A stretch of 51,509 bases of DNA from Planctomycetaceae bacterium (lineage in GTDB: Bacteria > Planctomycetota > Planctomycetia > Pirellulales > UBA1268). The DNA lies in contig JBJTRH010000041.1 of the NCBI GenBank assembly GCA_046076065.1, positions 1 to 51,509 of the forward strand. Reading direction: 5' to 3'. The notes under the pieces are model-generated. The model worked only from the letters and a program-made list of their open reading frames with translations, did not search any database and was not told where the DNA came from. Position 1 is the first letter of the stretch. Each line of letters begins with the position of its first letter. Below, in pieces: positions 27,428 through 36,853 of this stretch. Made by a program: the position numbers and the translations under genes.

Positions 27428-28466
27428 GCGGTGGTCCGGCCGTTTCGACGCCCAGTACGACAGACTCGTAGGCGTGCAGCGACGGCAGGCCGCCGGTGTG
27501 CAGAAACAGCACATTCTGGTCGGCCGTCCACAGGCCTTCGCGGGCCAGGCCGATGAGCCCTGCCATGATCTTCCCCGTGTAGATCGGGTCGAGCAGGATG
27601 CCCTCGGTGCGGGCAAGCATCCGGACGGCTTCCACCATGCCGTCGTTCGGCAGGGAATACTTCGGCTGCCAGTAGCCGCCGATGCAGCGGACCGCCTCCG
27701 GCGGAATCTCGATGCCAAGTTCGAGCAGGTCGGCCACGGCCTGAGCCTCGGCGCGGACGATGGGTATCTGATCGTGCGGATCCCGGCTCACGCCGATGCC
27801 GAGCAAGGGCACGTCGATGCGATTCCCCAGGAAGCCGGCGAGCAGGCCGCCATGCGTGCCTGAGCTGCCCGAGCCCACTACCACCGCGTCGAACGCCAGG
27901 CCCATCTCGAACCACTGCTGCTGCATCTCCAGCGCGCAGGCCGCGTAGCCGAGACCGCCGAGCGCGTTCGATCCTCCGGTGGGGATGATGTAGCCCGCGC
28001 GGCCCTCCGCGGCGAGTTCATCGGCCACCTCCTGCATGGCCTGCGACAGGCAGCTGCCGCCTGGCACGACGGTGACCGCTTCCACGCCCATGAGGCGGAA
28101 AAGGAACTGATTCCCGCTGGCGTCGATGCGATAGCTGCCCGGGATCCGTTCTTCGATGACGAATCGGCACTTCAGGCCCTCCTTGACGGCCGCCGCCAGC
28201 GTGAGGCGGCAGTGGTTGGACTGCGGTGCTCCCGCCGTGATCAGCGTGTCAGCGCCACGGGCCAGGGCATCGGCCACGAGGAACTCGAGCTTGCGGGTCT
28301 TGTTGCCGCCCGGGAACAGACCCAACATGTCGTCGCGCTTGACCCACACCCGAGGGCCCGAGCCACCCGGGCAACCCGCTGCCAAGGCCGCCGAGAATCG
28401 CGGTAGCGGCTCGATCGGGGTGACGAACGGCGTGTAGCGGCGTCGGGGAAAACTCGACAGGTCCAT
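27378..28466 (-). CDS. PLP-dependent D-cysteine desulfhydrase / ACC deaminase family protein
   Basis: 362 aa. Motifs KRDDMLGLFPGGNKTRKLEFLVADALARGADTLITAGAPQSNH (PLP lysine context) and GSGSSGTHGGL. Its 3' end overlaps the dipeptidase 3' end by 50 nt. Confidence 0.8.
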   Translation of the reverse strand: MDLSSFPRRRYTPFVTPIEPLPRFSAALAAGCPGGSGPRVWVKRDDMLGLFPGGNKTRKLEFLVADALARGADTLITAGAPQSNHCRLTLAAAVKEGLKCRFVIEERIPGSYRIDASGNQFLFRLMGVEAVTVVPGGSCLSQAMQEVADELAAEGRAGYIIPTGGSNALGGLGYAACALEMQQQWFEMGLAFDAVVVGSGSSGTHGGLLAGFLGNRIDVPLLGIGVSRDPHDQIPIVRAEAQAVADLLELGIEIPPEAVRCIGGYWQPKYSLPNDGMVEAVRMLARTEGILLDPIYTGKIMAGLIGLAREGLWTADQNVLFLHTGGLPSLHAYESVVLGVETAGPPLTAVRPPVTPAARCGS

Positions 28467-28517
28467 AGTCGTCTTCCGGCGGGAACGCGTGCGGCTGATT
28501 GGTCGTGTGCGATCGCA

Positions 28518-28538
28518 ACTTGTATATTATATTTGTTC
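28518..28538 (+). promoter_or_regulatory. AT-rich island in the divergent dcyD-family / pckG intergenic region (candidate promoter or operator)
   Basis: acttgtatattatatttgtt stands out from the surrounding GC-rich DNA. It lies about 60 nt upstream of the pckG ATG and contains TATATT/TATAtt-like hexamers. Confidence 0.3.
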
Positions 28539-28594
28539 GCCGCCTGTCATGCGGCGTGTGCATCGCACCATTCAGCCCGTGTGTCGCCGACCCC

Positions 28595-30427
28595 ATGTCC
28601 ACGAAACGCCGCGACGCCTCGATCCCGCTGAGCACCAACAAGCCCCTGCTGCGGTGGGTCAGAAAGATCGCCGAGCTTTGCAAGCCCGACGCGATTCACT
28701 GGATCGACGGCTCGCAGCGGGAGTACGACCTGCTTTGCGAGCAGATGGTCGCCGGCGGCACGCTCATCAAGCTCAACCAGAAGACCTGGCCCGGCTGCTT
28801 CCTGGCCCGCTCGGATGCCAGCGATGTCGCCCGAGTCGAGGAGCGGACCTTCATCTGCGCGCTTTCGAAGGAGGCCGCCGGCCCGACCAACAACTGGGTC
28901 GATCCCTTCGAGATGCGAAAGCGGCTCAAGGGCCTGTTCAGGGGATGCATGAGGGGCCGCACGATGTACGTGTTGCCGTTCAGCATGGGCCCACTGGGGT
29001 CGCCGATGTCGCAGATCGGCGTGCAACTCACCGACTCGCCGTACGCCGTCGTCAACATGCGGATCATGGCCCGCATCGGCAGGAAGGTTTTCAAGCTCAT
29101 CGATCACGATTTCAAGCGGGTCGTGCCCTGCGTGCATTCCGTCGGCGCCCCGCTCAGCAGGGGCCGGAAGGACGTCCTCTGGCCGTGCAATGCGGAAAAG
29201 TACATCGTCCATTTTCCCGAGACTCGCGAGATCTGGAGCTTCGGCTCGGGCTATGGCGGCAATGCGCTCCTCGGCAAGAAGTGCTTCGCGCTCCGGATCG
29301 CCTCCGCGATGGCTCGTGACGAGGGGTGGATGGCCGAGCACATGCTCATCCTCGGCATCGAGAATCCCCAGGGGAAGAAGATCTACGCGGCCGCAGCCTT
29401 TCCCAGCGCCTGCGGCAAGACCAACGTTGCGATGCTGATCCCGCCGCCGCATTTCCGGGAGCAAGGCTGGAAGGTCACGACGGTGGGTGACGACATCGCG
29501 TGGATCAAGCCTGATGCGCATGGCCGTCTGCGGGCCATCAACCCCGAGGCCGGATTCTTCGGCGTCGCCCCGGGCACCAGCGAGAAAACCAATCCCAATG
29601 CGATGAAGACGCTGTCCAGGAACACCATCTTCACCAACGTCGCCCTGACTGACGACGGCGGCGTGTGGTGGGAGGGCATGACGGACGAGCCGCCGGCGCA
29701 TGCGATCGACTGGCAGGGCAACGACTGGACGCCGGTGATCGCGTCGGAGAAGGGCACCAAGGCCGCCCATCCCAACGCCCGTTTCACGGCGCCAGCGAGC
29801 CAATGCCCCACGATCGACTCCGGGTGGGAGAATCCCGCAGGCGTTCCCATCAGTGCCTTCATCTTCGGCGGCCGCCGCGCGACAACCATGCCGCTGGTCT
29901 ACCAGGCGTTCAACTGGTCGGCCGGGGTGTACGTCGGTGCCACGATGGGCTCGGAGATGACCGCCGCCGCCGCGGGCACCATCGGCACGGTTCGCCGCGA
30001 CCCGATGGCGATGCTGCCTTTCTGCGGCTACAACATGGGCGACTACTTCCGCCACTGGATGAACATGCAGCGGAAGCTGAGCGAAACGCCGCGGATCTTC
30101 CACGTGAACTGGTTTCGCAAGGACGCAGACGGCGCGTTCATGTGGCCCGGATTCTCCGAGAACATGCGGGTCCTCGCCTGGATTTTCGATCGCGTACGGG
30201 CGGGAGGTCGGGCCCGCGAGACGCCGATCGGCTGGCTGCCCCGCTACAAGGACATCGACTGGACGGGCCTCGATTTTCCGGAGGAGAGGTTCGATGCACT
30301 ACAGGTGTTCGATCGTGCGGCCTGGCGGGCCGAGGTGCTGAGTCACGAGGAGATCTTCCTGGACCTCCACTCGCACCTGCCCAAGGAGCTTGTCTACGAA
30401 CGCGAACTCCTGATCTGCCGCATGTGA
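28595..30427 (+). CDS. pckG: phosphoenolpyruvate carboxykinase (GTP)
   Basis: In-frame ATG at 28595 within track ORF 28499..30427. Motifs [12 protein letters not shown] (kinase-1a), [17 protein letters not shown] and NWFRKD. Confidence 0.92.
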   Translation: MSTKRRDASIPLSTNKPLLRWVRKIAELCKPDAIHWIDGSQREYDLLCEQMVAGGTLIKLNQKTWPGCFLARSDASDVARVEERTFICALSKEAAGPTNNWVDPFEMRKRLKGLFRGCMRGRTMYVLPFSMGPLGSPMSQIGVQLTDSPYAVVNMRIMARIGRKVFKLIDHDFKRVVPCVHSVGAPLSRGRKDVLWPCNAEKYIVHFPETREIWSFGSGYGGNALLGKKCFALRIASAMARDEGWMAEHMLILGIENPQGKKIYAAAAFPSACGKTNVAMLIPPPHFREQGWKVTTVGDDIAWIKPDAHGRLRAINPEAGFFGVAPGTSEKTNPNAMKTLSRNTIFTNVALTDDGGVWWEGMTDEPPAHAIDWQGNDWTPVIASEKGTKAAHPNARFTAPASQCPTIDSGWENPAGVPISAFIFGGRRATTMPLVYQAFNWSAGVYVGATMGSEMTAAAAGTIGTVRRDPMAMLPFCGYNMGDYFRHWMNMQRKLSETPRIFHVNWFRKDADGAFMWPGFSENMRVLAWIFDRVRAGGRARETPIGWLPRYKDIDWTGLDFPEERFDALQVFDRAAWRAEVLSHEEIFLDLHSHLPKELVYERELLICRM

Positions 30428-30512
30428 CGACGTGCGGCATGGCCGCTCACGGTATCTTCGTTCCGATCGCCGGTCATCGTGCCGGTGCTGTCATACCTCT
30501 TGCGAGGCCGGC

Positions 30513-31928
30513 ATGGTTTCGTCGACACCTGAGCAAACTATCGCCGCGCCGCACCCCACGGTCGCTTCCGGTGGCGACACATCGGCGCGACGGATCCTCC
30601 TCGGGCTGCTGCTCGGCGCGGTGCTGGGCTTGGGGGCCAACATGCTCCTGCGTCCCGGAGCGGCGGTCGATGGCGTGGCCGCCTGGGACAGCAATGGCGA
30701 CGGGGTGCACGATGGGCTCGACTGGTTCTGCCAGAACGTGGCCACGGTCGTCGGCCGGTTGTTTCTGCGGCTGATGGCCGTGGTGGTGGTTCCGCTCGTG
30801 GTATCGGCTCTCGCGCTGGCCGTGGTGGAGATCGGCGACCTGCGAAGGCTCGGCCGCATCGGCGTGCGCACGCTGCTGTTCAGCGGCATGCTCTCGGCGA
30901 GTGCCGTGCTGCTCGGGCTCACGCTCGTCAACGTGATCCGTCCCGGCGATGCGCTCTCAGCGGACGCGCGGCAGGCGCTCGTGGACCGCAACGCGGCGGG
31001 ATCGGCCGACGTCGCCCAGAAGGCGAGCAAGGCGAAGTCGGTTCGCGACATCGTGATCGACATGGTCCCGGAGAATCCGCTCCAGGAGATGGTCGGAGCG
31101 GTGGATGGAAGCTCGAAGGGCAACGGCATGCTGGCCGTGATGGTGGCGTCGCTGCTCCTTGGAGCTGCGCTCGCCGCGAAGCCCGACGAGTGCCGCGGCG
31201 TGATCGCCTGGCTCGAAGGCTTGAACTCGGTCGCCATGACGATCATCGGATGGGCGATGACGCTCGCGCCGCTCGGGGCGGGCTGCCTGGTCTTCTCCAT
31301 CGTGGCAACGCTGGGATTCGAGGTCCTCGTATCTCTGTTCTGGTTCACCCTCACCGTGATGGCGGGGCTCCTGCTCCAACTCGTCGTGGTCTATCCCCTC
31401 GTGCTCGCGCTGTTCAGCAAGGTGTCGCCGCGGGTGTTTTTCTCGGAGATTGCCGAGGCGATGCAGGTGGCGTTCGGCACGTCGTCGTCGAACGCCACGC
31501 TGCCCACGGCTTTGCGGGTGGCGGAACAGAATCTACGGTTGCCCCGGGAGAAGGCCCGCTTTGTGTTGACCGTGGGAGCGACCGGCAATCAGAACGGGAC
31601 AGCCCTCTACGAGGGGGTGGTGGTGCTGTTCCTCGCCCAGGTATTCGGGGTGCATCTGTCGCTCGCGCAGCAGGTCACCGTGGTCCTGATGTCGATCCTC
31701 GCGGGGATCGGCACGGCGGGCGTTCCCGGCGGATCCCTCCCGCTGATCGTGGTGCTGATGCGGTCGGTCGGCGTGCCCGGCGAGGGCATCGGGATCATCA
31801 TGGGCGTCGACCGTATTCTCGACATGTGCCGCACGGTCCTCAACGTCACGGGCGACCTCGTGGTGGCGACGTGCGTCTCCGGTGCGGCTGCGCATCCGGA
31901 TGGCGAGAGCTTCGCGCCAGGTGCATGA
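30513..31928 (+). CDS. dicarboxylate/amino acid:cation symporter (DAACS, GltP/SLC1 family)
   Basis: In-frame ATG at 30513 within track ORF 30432..31928. Multi-TM protein with AFGTSSSNATLP, NQNGTALYEGV and DRILDMCRTVLNVTGD motifs. Confidence 0.85.
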   Translation: MVSSTPEQTIAAPHPTVASGGDTSARRILLGLLLGAVLGLGANMLLRPGAAVDGVAAWDSNGDGVHDGLDWFCQNVATVVGRLFLRLMAVVVVPLVVSALALAVVEIGDLRRLGRIGVRTLLFSGMLSASAVLLGLTLVNVIRPGDALSADARQALVDRNAAGSADVAQKASKAKSVRDIVIDMVPENPLQEMVGAVDGSSKGNGMLAVMVASLLLGAALAAKPDECRGVIAWLEGLNSVAMTIIGWAMTLAPLGAGCLVFSIVATLGFEVLVSLFWFTLTVMAGLLLQLVVVYPLVLALFSKVSPRVFFSEIAEAMQVAFGTSSSNATLPTALRVAEQNLRLPREKARFVLTVGATGNQNGTALYEGVVVLFLAQVFGVHLSLAQQVTVVLMSILAGIGTAGVPGGSLPLIVVLMRSVGVPGEGIGIIMGVDRILDMCRTVLNVTGDLVVATCVSGAAAHPDGESFAPGA

Positions 31929-31970
31929 GTCGCCGGCATCCGCGTGCAAAAAACGACATATCGCGGGGTG

Positions 31971-31988
31971 AACGCCCAGCCGGGCGTT
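31971..31988 (+). terminator. short GC hairpin downstream of the symporter gene
   Basis: aacgccc-agcc-gggcgtt is a perfect 7-bp stem with a 4-nt loop, about 40 nt after the stop at 31928. No U-tract, so its function is uncertain. Confidence 0.3.
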
Positions 31989-32028
31989 GGGCCTTCGGGG
32001 GTGGGCTGATGGAACGTAGACTAGGGTC

Positions 32029-32739
32029 ATGAAACCATTTTCACAGGCAGGTAGTGCGACACGGTTTGCCCCCGTTGCGGTCGAGTCGCGGCGGGCACTG
32101 CGTCATGAGGTCGCCCGCTGCCTGCTGCTCGAGATTTTTCGCGGGAACGTGCCCGCCGGCACTCGGCTGATCACCCAGAAGCTTGCCAAGCAACTGGGTG
32201 TCAGTGCCACGCCGCTCCGCGAGGCGCTCGTCGAGCTCGAGTCGATCGGCATGGTCGAGATCAGTCACAACCGCGGCGCCGTCGCAGCGGCGTTCGGCCC
32301 CGCCGAGCTTCGCGGCATCTATCAGGTGCGTCGCGTGCTGGAGAGCGAGGCAGCCCGCTGCGCCTGCGGCCGCATCGACCGGGACTTGCTCGAGTCGTTC
32401 CACGCCGAGATGCTCGAGCATGCCGGCCGGCGTGTGAAATCCGCCGCATGGCTCAGGTCCGCAATGGCGTTCGATGCCCGATTCCATGCCTCGATCGCCG
32501 AGGCGTGCCAGAGCCCCAGGCTGGCCCGGGAGATCGATCGCCATGCGCTGCTCATGCAAACCATCAGCGAAGCCATCGGCAACGAGTATCACAGCAAGGA
32601 AGATGGCATCCAGGAGCACCTCGAGATCATCGACGCCCTGCTCGCGGAGGACGCAGATCGGTCGGCCCGTGCCATGGCGAAGCACATCGATGCCACGGCG
32701 AGCCGAGCGTTGGGCGTGATGTTCTCCGCGGCTCCTTAG
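32029..32739 (+). CDS. GntR family transcriptional regulator (FadR-type, FCD C-terminal domain)
   Basis: 236 aa. Winged-helix segment LITQKLAKQLGVSATPLREALVELESIGMVEISHNRG, followed by a helical FCD-like domain. Confidence 0.8.
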   Translation: MKPFSQAGSATRFAPVAVESRRALRHEVARCLLLEIFRGNVPAGTRLITQKLAKQLGVSATPLREALVELESIGMVEISHNRGAVAAAFGPAELRGIYQVRRVLESEAARCACGRIDRDLLESFHAEMLEHAGRRVKSAAWLRSAMAFDARFHASIAEACQSPRLAREIDRHALLMQTISEAIGNEYHSKEDGIQEHLEIIDALLAEDADRSARAMAKHIDATASRALGVMFSAAP

Positions 32740-32828
32740 CGGCCTCCCGCAGACGGGGGGCGTTCGCCATGTCGGCCGTACTTGTTGCGGCCACGTGCAT
32801 CGAAGGCTAGACTTTTCCCCGTGAGGCC

Positions 32829-32843
32829 AATATTTTATCGAAT
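32829..32843 (+). promoter_or_regulatory. AT-rich element upstream of the PEP-CTERM gene array (candidate -10 region)
   Basis: aatattttatcgaat lies about 80 nt upstream of the ATG at 32925 and is the only AT-rich patch in the 185-nt intergenic region after the GntR gene. Confidence 0.25.
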
Positions 32844-32924
32844 CCGAGCGGCGCCGATGGCTGCACGGTGTCGGGGCGATGGTTGCGCACGATTCTGCGG
32901 GGGTCGAAGAAAGGAGCGGGTGCG

Positions 32925-35366
32925 ATGCGAGACGGAGCGGCTCAACGATCGGCGATCGTCTGCGCTATCGTCCTCTCGGCGGCGATGCAGATGCGGGCGG
33001 ACGGCCAGGAGATCGTGACCTACGTCGGCGGCACCGGCGCGACCACCACAAGCCAGCAGAGCTGGACGCAGCCGGGAAACTGGACGTCGGGCTCCATTCC
33101 GTGCGGCCCGACGGTCTGGGCCCAGATCAATCCGGCGGGCGCGGCGGGATCGACGCTACGGATTCTGTACTCGTCGACGTCGCTGGCGGGATTGACGGGC
33201 ACGACGAACGTGCTGAGCGTCGGCGCGATGACATTTCCGCAGACGCTCGTGAGCGCGTCGACGACCTACTCGATCCAGAATAATGGCACCTCCGCCGGCA
33301 CCAAGGGCACGCTGAGGTTCTACGGCGTCGATACGACCATCGGTGGTCAGCCGCGAAGGGTGATCATCGACAACAGCACGACGCTCTCCGACGTCGCGTT
33401 CACCCAGACGAACCAGGGGCAGGAGTTCGAGCTCAACACGTCGGGGGTGATCAATGTCGCCGCGGGCACGCAACTCTCGCTCTCGACGATGGTCAGGCAG
33501 GACGGCACGGCGCGGTCGATCACGAAGGTCGGGAACGGCGTGCTCGCCTTCGCCGGCACCGGCAATCAATCGAGCCTCAGCACCTACACGGGCGGGTTCG
33601 TGCTCGAGGGCGGCGTCGTGCAGTGGGCGCTGAGCGGCACGGCGGCCTCTGGCACCCCGTTCGGAATCGGTTCGTTGACGCTGCGGAACGGCATCCTGCG
33701 GTCGACGGGCACGTCGGGCCGCTCCGTCAACGTGAGTGTCGTGCTCGACGGCACGGCGGAGATCGGGTCCACGTCCTCCGGGCTGACCGGTGGCATCACG
33801 GTGAACAGCGCCGGCGGCAGCCTGGCCACATCCGTGCGACGCGATAGCGTGCTAGCCATCGCGGATGGCCAGTCGACGACGTGGCACCAGGCCACGACCG
33901 GTTCCGGCGGGCTGACGAAGGCCGGTGGTGGTACCCTGCGGTTCTCCGGTGCCGGCGGCACGCTGGCGCACTCCGGCAGCACGGTCGTGCAGTCGGGCAC
34001 GCTGGTGATGGACGCGGTTCTGGCATCGCCGAGCGGCGCCACGATCCTGGCCGGGGCGGCGCTGCTGGGCTCCGGCACGCTCTCGAGTCCGACGACGATC
34101 TCCGGCAGCGCCACGCTTTCTCCCGGCAGCGGCGTGGGTGCCCTTTCGTTCGGGAACGTCACCTGGTCGCCGGGCGTCAACTACAACTGGCAGATTCAGT
34201 CGGGCACCGGCGGGGCAGGCAGCGGCTGGGATCTTGCTTCCGCCAGCGGCACCCTGGCCATCGCCGCGACGATCGGCAGTCCGGTAAAGCTCAACCTCTG
34301 GTCGGTGACGGGCACCACGCCCGACGTGACCGGTACCGCGACGGGCTTCGATCCCGCAGCGAGCAGCTACATCTGGCCCGTGGCCAGCGCGAACCGCGGG
34401 GTCACCGGCTTTTCGGCAGCCAAGTTCGTCATCGACACGTCCGCGGTCAACGGCACCGGTGGCTTCACCAACGACCTCGCCGGCGGTGCATTCAGCGTGG
34501 CTCAGATCGGGAACACGCTGGCGCTCGTGTTCACCTCAACGGCCTCCCGGCCCGTCATCACGATCGGCGTGTCCGGTACGCAGACCCAGGCCCAGACAGG
34601 TTGGCCGCTGCTGTCAGGCACTTACCCCCTGTTCAAGACGGGCACGGGCACGCTCGTGGTCGATCAGGCCAACACGATCACCGGGTCCACCGCCGTTCAG
34701 GCGGGTCGCCTCCAGTTGGCCAATGCAGCCGCGCTCGCCACTAGCCGAGTGGTGCCTCTGGCCGGCGGCACCGTGACCCTGTCGCCTGGGCTCACCACCA
34801 CCGTAGGCGGCCTGGATCCCAGTGCCGGCGGTCTCGTCGATGTCGGAAACGGGTTCGTGACGGTCACTGCGGGCCTGCCCGCCGCCGGCATGCTCGCGGC
34901 TCTGCTTGCCGGTCGCGGCGATGGCTCCTGGAACGGCACGACCGGGATCACGTCGTCTGCAGCGGCGGACGCCATCGCCAAGTCGCTGCCGCGGACGGTC
35001 GGCTGGCTCGACAATGGCGATGGCTCGGTCAGTTTCGCCTTCGCGGCATCGGGCGACACCAACCTCGACTGGAGCGTCGACATCCTCGATGCGGCCAACT
35101 TCTTCGCCGGCGGCAAGTACGACTCCGGCCAGCCGTCGTCGTGGATCGACGGCGATTTCAACTACGACGGCGTCGTTGACATCCTGGACGCCGCCGATTT
35201 CTTCTCGACCGGCCTGTTCGACGCCGGCGGCTACAACCCGCCTCCTGCCGGCGGGGCGGTCATGGCCGTGCCCGAGCCCTCGGTCGGCCTGGGGTGCCTG
35301 GCGGCCGTTGGAATCCTTGTGTGCCGGTGTCGGTTATCCAAGCCCAGATCGTTCGTCGAGGAGTGA
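32925..35366 (+). CDS. PEP-CTERM surface protein with autotransporter-associated beta-strand repeats and a dockerin-like pair (modules A+B)
   Basis: ATG at 32925, preceded by aaggag at 32911-32916. Signal peptide present. Repeats of the type TKVGNGVLAFAGTG / TKAGGGTLRFSGAGG / GTLVM. C-terminus has GDTNLDWSVDILD, GDFNYDGVVDILD and VPEPSVGLGCLAAVGILVCRCR. Confidence 0.8.
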   Translation: MRDGAAQRSAIVCAIVLSAAMQMRADGQEIVTYVGGTGATTTSQQSWTQPGNWTSGSIPCGPTVWAQINPAGAAGSTLRILYSSTSLAGLTGTTNVLSVGAMTFPQTLVSASTTYSIQNNGTSAGTKGTLRFYGVDTTIGGQPRRVIIDNSTTLSDVAFTQTNQGQEFELNTSGVINVAAGTQLSLSTMVRQDGTARSITKVGNGVLAFAGTGNQSSLSTYTGGFVLEGGVVQWALSGTAASGTPFGIGSLTLRNGILRSTGTSGRSVNVSVVLDGTAEIGSTSSGLTGGITVNSAGGSLATSVRRDSVLAIADGQSTTWHQATTGSGGLTKAGGGTLRFSGAGGTLAHSGSTVVQSGTLVMDAVLASPSGATILAGAALLGSGTLSSPTTISGSATLSPGSGVGALSFGNVTWSPGVNYNWQIQSGTGGAGSGWDLASASGTLAIAATIGSPVKLNLWSVTGTTPDVTGTATGFDPAASSYIWPVASANRGVTGFSAAKFVIDTSAVNGTGGFTNDLAGGAFSVAQIGNTLALVFTSTASRPVITIGVSGTQTQAQTGWPLLSGTYPLFKTGTGTLVVDQANTITGSTAVQAGRLQLANAAALATSRVVPLAGGTVTLSPGLTTTVGGLDPSAGGLVDVGNGFVTVTAGLPAAGMLAALLAGRGDGSWNGTTGITSSAAADAIAKSLPRTVGWLDNGDGSVSFAFAASGDTNLDWSVDILDAANFFAGGKYDSGQPSSWIDGDFNYDGVVDILDAADFFSTGLFDAGGYNPPPAGGAVMAVPEPSVGLGCLAAVGILVCRCRLSKPRSFVEE

Positions 35367-35370
35367 CTCC

Positions 35371-36339
35371 ATGCAACGTCGAGGCTTCACGCTCGTGGAA
35401 CTGCTGGTCGTCATCGCGATCATCGCGGTCCTCATCGGCCTTCTTCTTCCGGCCGTGCAGGCGGCCCGCGAGTCGGCTCGCCGGTCGTCGTGTCAGAACA
35501 ATCTCAAGCAGATCGGACTCTCGCTGCTCGGGCATCACGATGCCCGCAAGCGATTTCCCGGGGGCTTCCTCAGGAATGCGGACTACTCCGTCGGCACCTT
35601 CAATGGTCCCGGATGGGGGTGGGGCGCGATGATCCTGCCCCAGATCGAGGAGGCGACGCTCTTCGACAAACTTCGGCCCGCCAGTCGGGATCTCTCCACG
35701 GCCGCCGACATCGTCGCGCTGGCGCAGACGAGGGTGCCGGCGTTTCGCTGTGCGTCGTGCCCCGTGTCGTCGAACCTCAACGAAGCGTTGCCCGGCACGG
35801 CCACCGCGCCGGCGTTCTCGCTGTCGAACTACAAGGGCGTGTTCGGCGATCGCAACACGCAGGCCAAGTACAGCGACCTCGGCAACTGCCCGAACTTTGC
35901 CGGCAGTTGCATCGAGGGGGGCAACGGCATCTTCAGCCCCGGCACGAGGTCCACGGGCGTGAAGATGAAGGATATCACGGACGGTGCCAGCAAGACGCTT
36001 CTCGTCGGCGAAGTGCCGTACGGCCCCAACGGCGCCGAGAACTCGTCGGGCGGCCTCGTGTCGTACCGGGGTGCCGTCTGGGCGGGCGTGATCGCCCAGG
36101 CCGCCGAAAGCAACGTCGCGACCCACCAGACGCTGCGGGGCCTTCTCGCTTCCGGGGCCGCGAGCACCGAGTACATCCCCAACGGCACCAACAGCAATGC
36201 ATTCGGTTCGCACCACACGGCCGGCACCGGGTTTGTTCTGGCCGACGGCAGCGTGCGTTTGCTGACCAGTGCTCTCGACGCGGCCGTGCTCAACCGTCTC
36301 GCCGCCCGCGACGACGGCCAGGTCATCGACGCGTTCTGA
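35371..36339 (+). CDS. DUF1559 protein with prepilin-type N-terminal cleavage/methylation domain and H-X9-DG C-terminal motif
   Basis: In-frame ATG at 35371 within track ORF 34906..36339. N-terminus MQRRGFTLVELLVVIAIIAVLIGLLLPAVQAARESARRSSCQNNLKQIGL and C-terminal FGSHHTAGTGFVLADGSV. Starts 4 nt after the upstream stop. Confidence 0.85.
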   Translation: MQRRGFTLVELLVVIAIIAVLIGLLLPAVQAARESARRSSCQNNLKQIGLSLLGHHDARKRFPGGFLRNADYSVGTFNGPGWGWGAMILPQIEEATLFDKLRPASRDLSTAADIVALAQTRVPAFRCASCPVSSNLNEALPGTATAPAFSLSNYKGVFGDRNTQAKYSDLGNCPNFAGSCIEGGNGIFSPGTRSTGVKMKDITDGASKTLLVGEVPYGPNGAENSSGGLVSYRGAVWAGVIAQAAESNVATHQTLRGLLASGAASTEYIPNGTNSNAFGSHHTAGTGFVLADGSVRLLTSALDAAVLNRLAARDDGQVIDAF

Positions 36340-36362
36340 ACCGGTTGCCGCGGGGCCTCATC

Positions 36363-36818
36363 ATGTCATTGTCCCGAACACGACGAGCGCTCTTGCCGCA
36401 TCTGGGGTCGCTTGCCTTCCTTGCCGGATGCTTCGGGCCGCCTGCGTTGAAGTACGACATGATTCCCGTCGAGGGGATCATCACCCTCGAGGGCACCCCG
36501 CTGGTTGCGGCCGAGGTGATGTTCGATTCCGCGGATGGGCCTCGAGGGTTCGGGACCACCGACGAGTCGGGCAGATTCACGGTCATGACGAGGCAGTTCG
36601 GCGCAGGTCTGCCGGTGGGAACCTATCGAGTGATGATCGCCGGGTCGGAGCGGACGCGAGTCGCCCCGTCCGGCAAGCCCGTCAAACTCTCGCCCCGGTA
36701 TCGGGAATCCGGGGTTGGCAAGGCGACGATCGCAGTCGGAGGCGGACCGCTGCAGTTCGATCTCAAGAAATCTGCTGGGGCCGGCAGCGACGAGTCCGGC
36801 GATACGGCCGAACCCTGA
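36363..36818 (+). CDS. small lipoprotein (carboxypeptidase-regulatory-like beta-sandwich, typical DUF1559 neighbour)
   Basis: In-frame ATG at 36363 within track ORF 35490..36818. Lipobox LAFLAGC. Also GIITLEGTPLVAAEVMF...DESGRFTV...GTYRVMI. Confidence 0.6.
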   Translation: MSLSRTRRALLPHLGSLAFLAGCFGPPALKYDMIPVEGIITLEGTPLVAAEVMFDSADGPRGFGTTDESGRFTVMTRQFGAGLPVGTYRVMIAGSERTRVAPSGKPVKLSPRYRESGVGKATIAVGGGPLQFDLKKSAGAGSDESGDTAEP

Positions 36819-36853
36819 ACGACGAGACTCCAATCGAGCGAGGTTGACCATCC

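Noticed and set aside
28499-28594. 32-codon N-terminal extension of pckG ([16 protein letters not shown]...)
   Set aside because: It runs through the AT-rich promoter-like island. PEPCK homology starts after the ATG at 28595.
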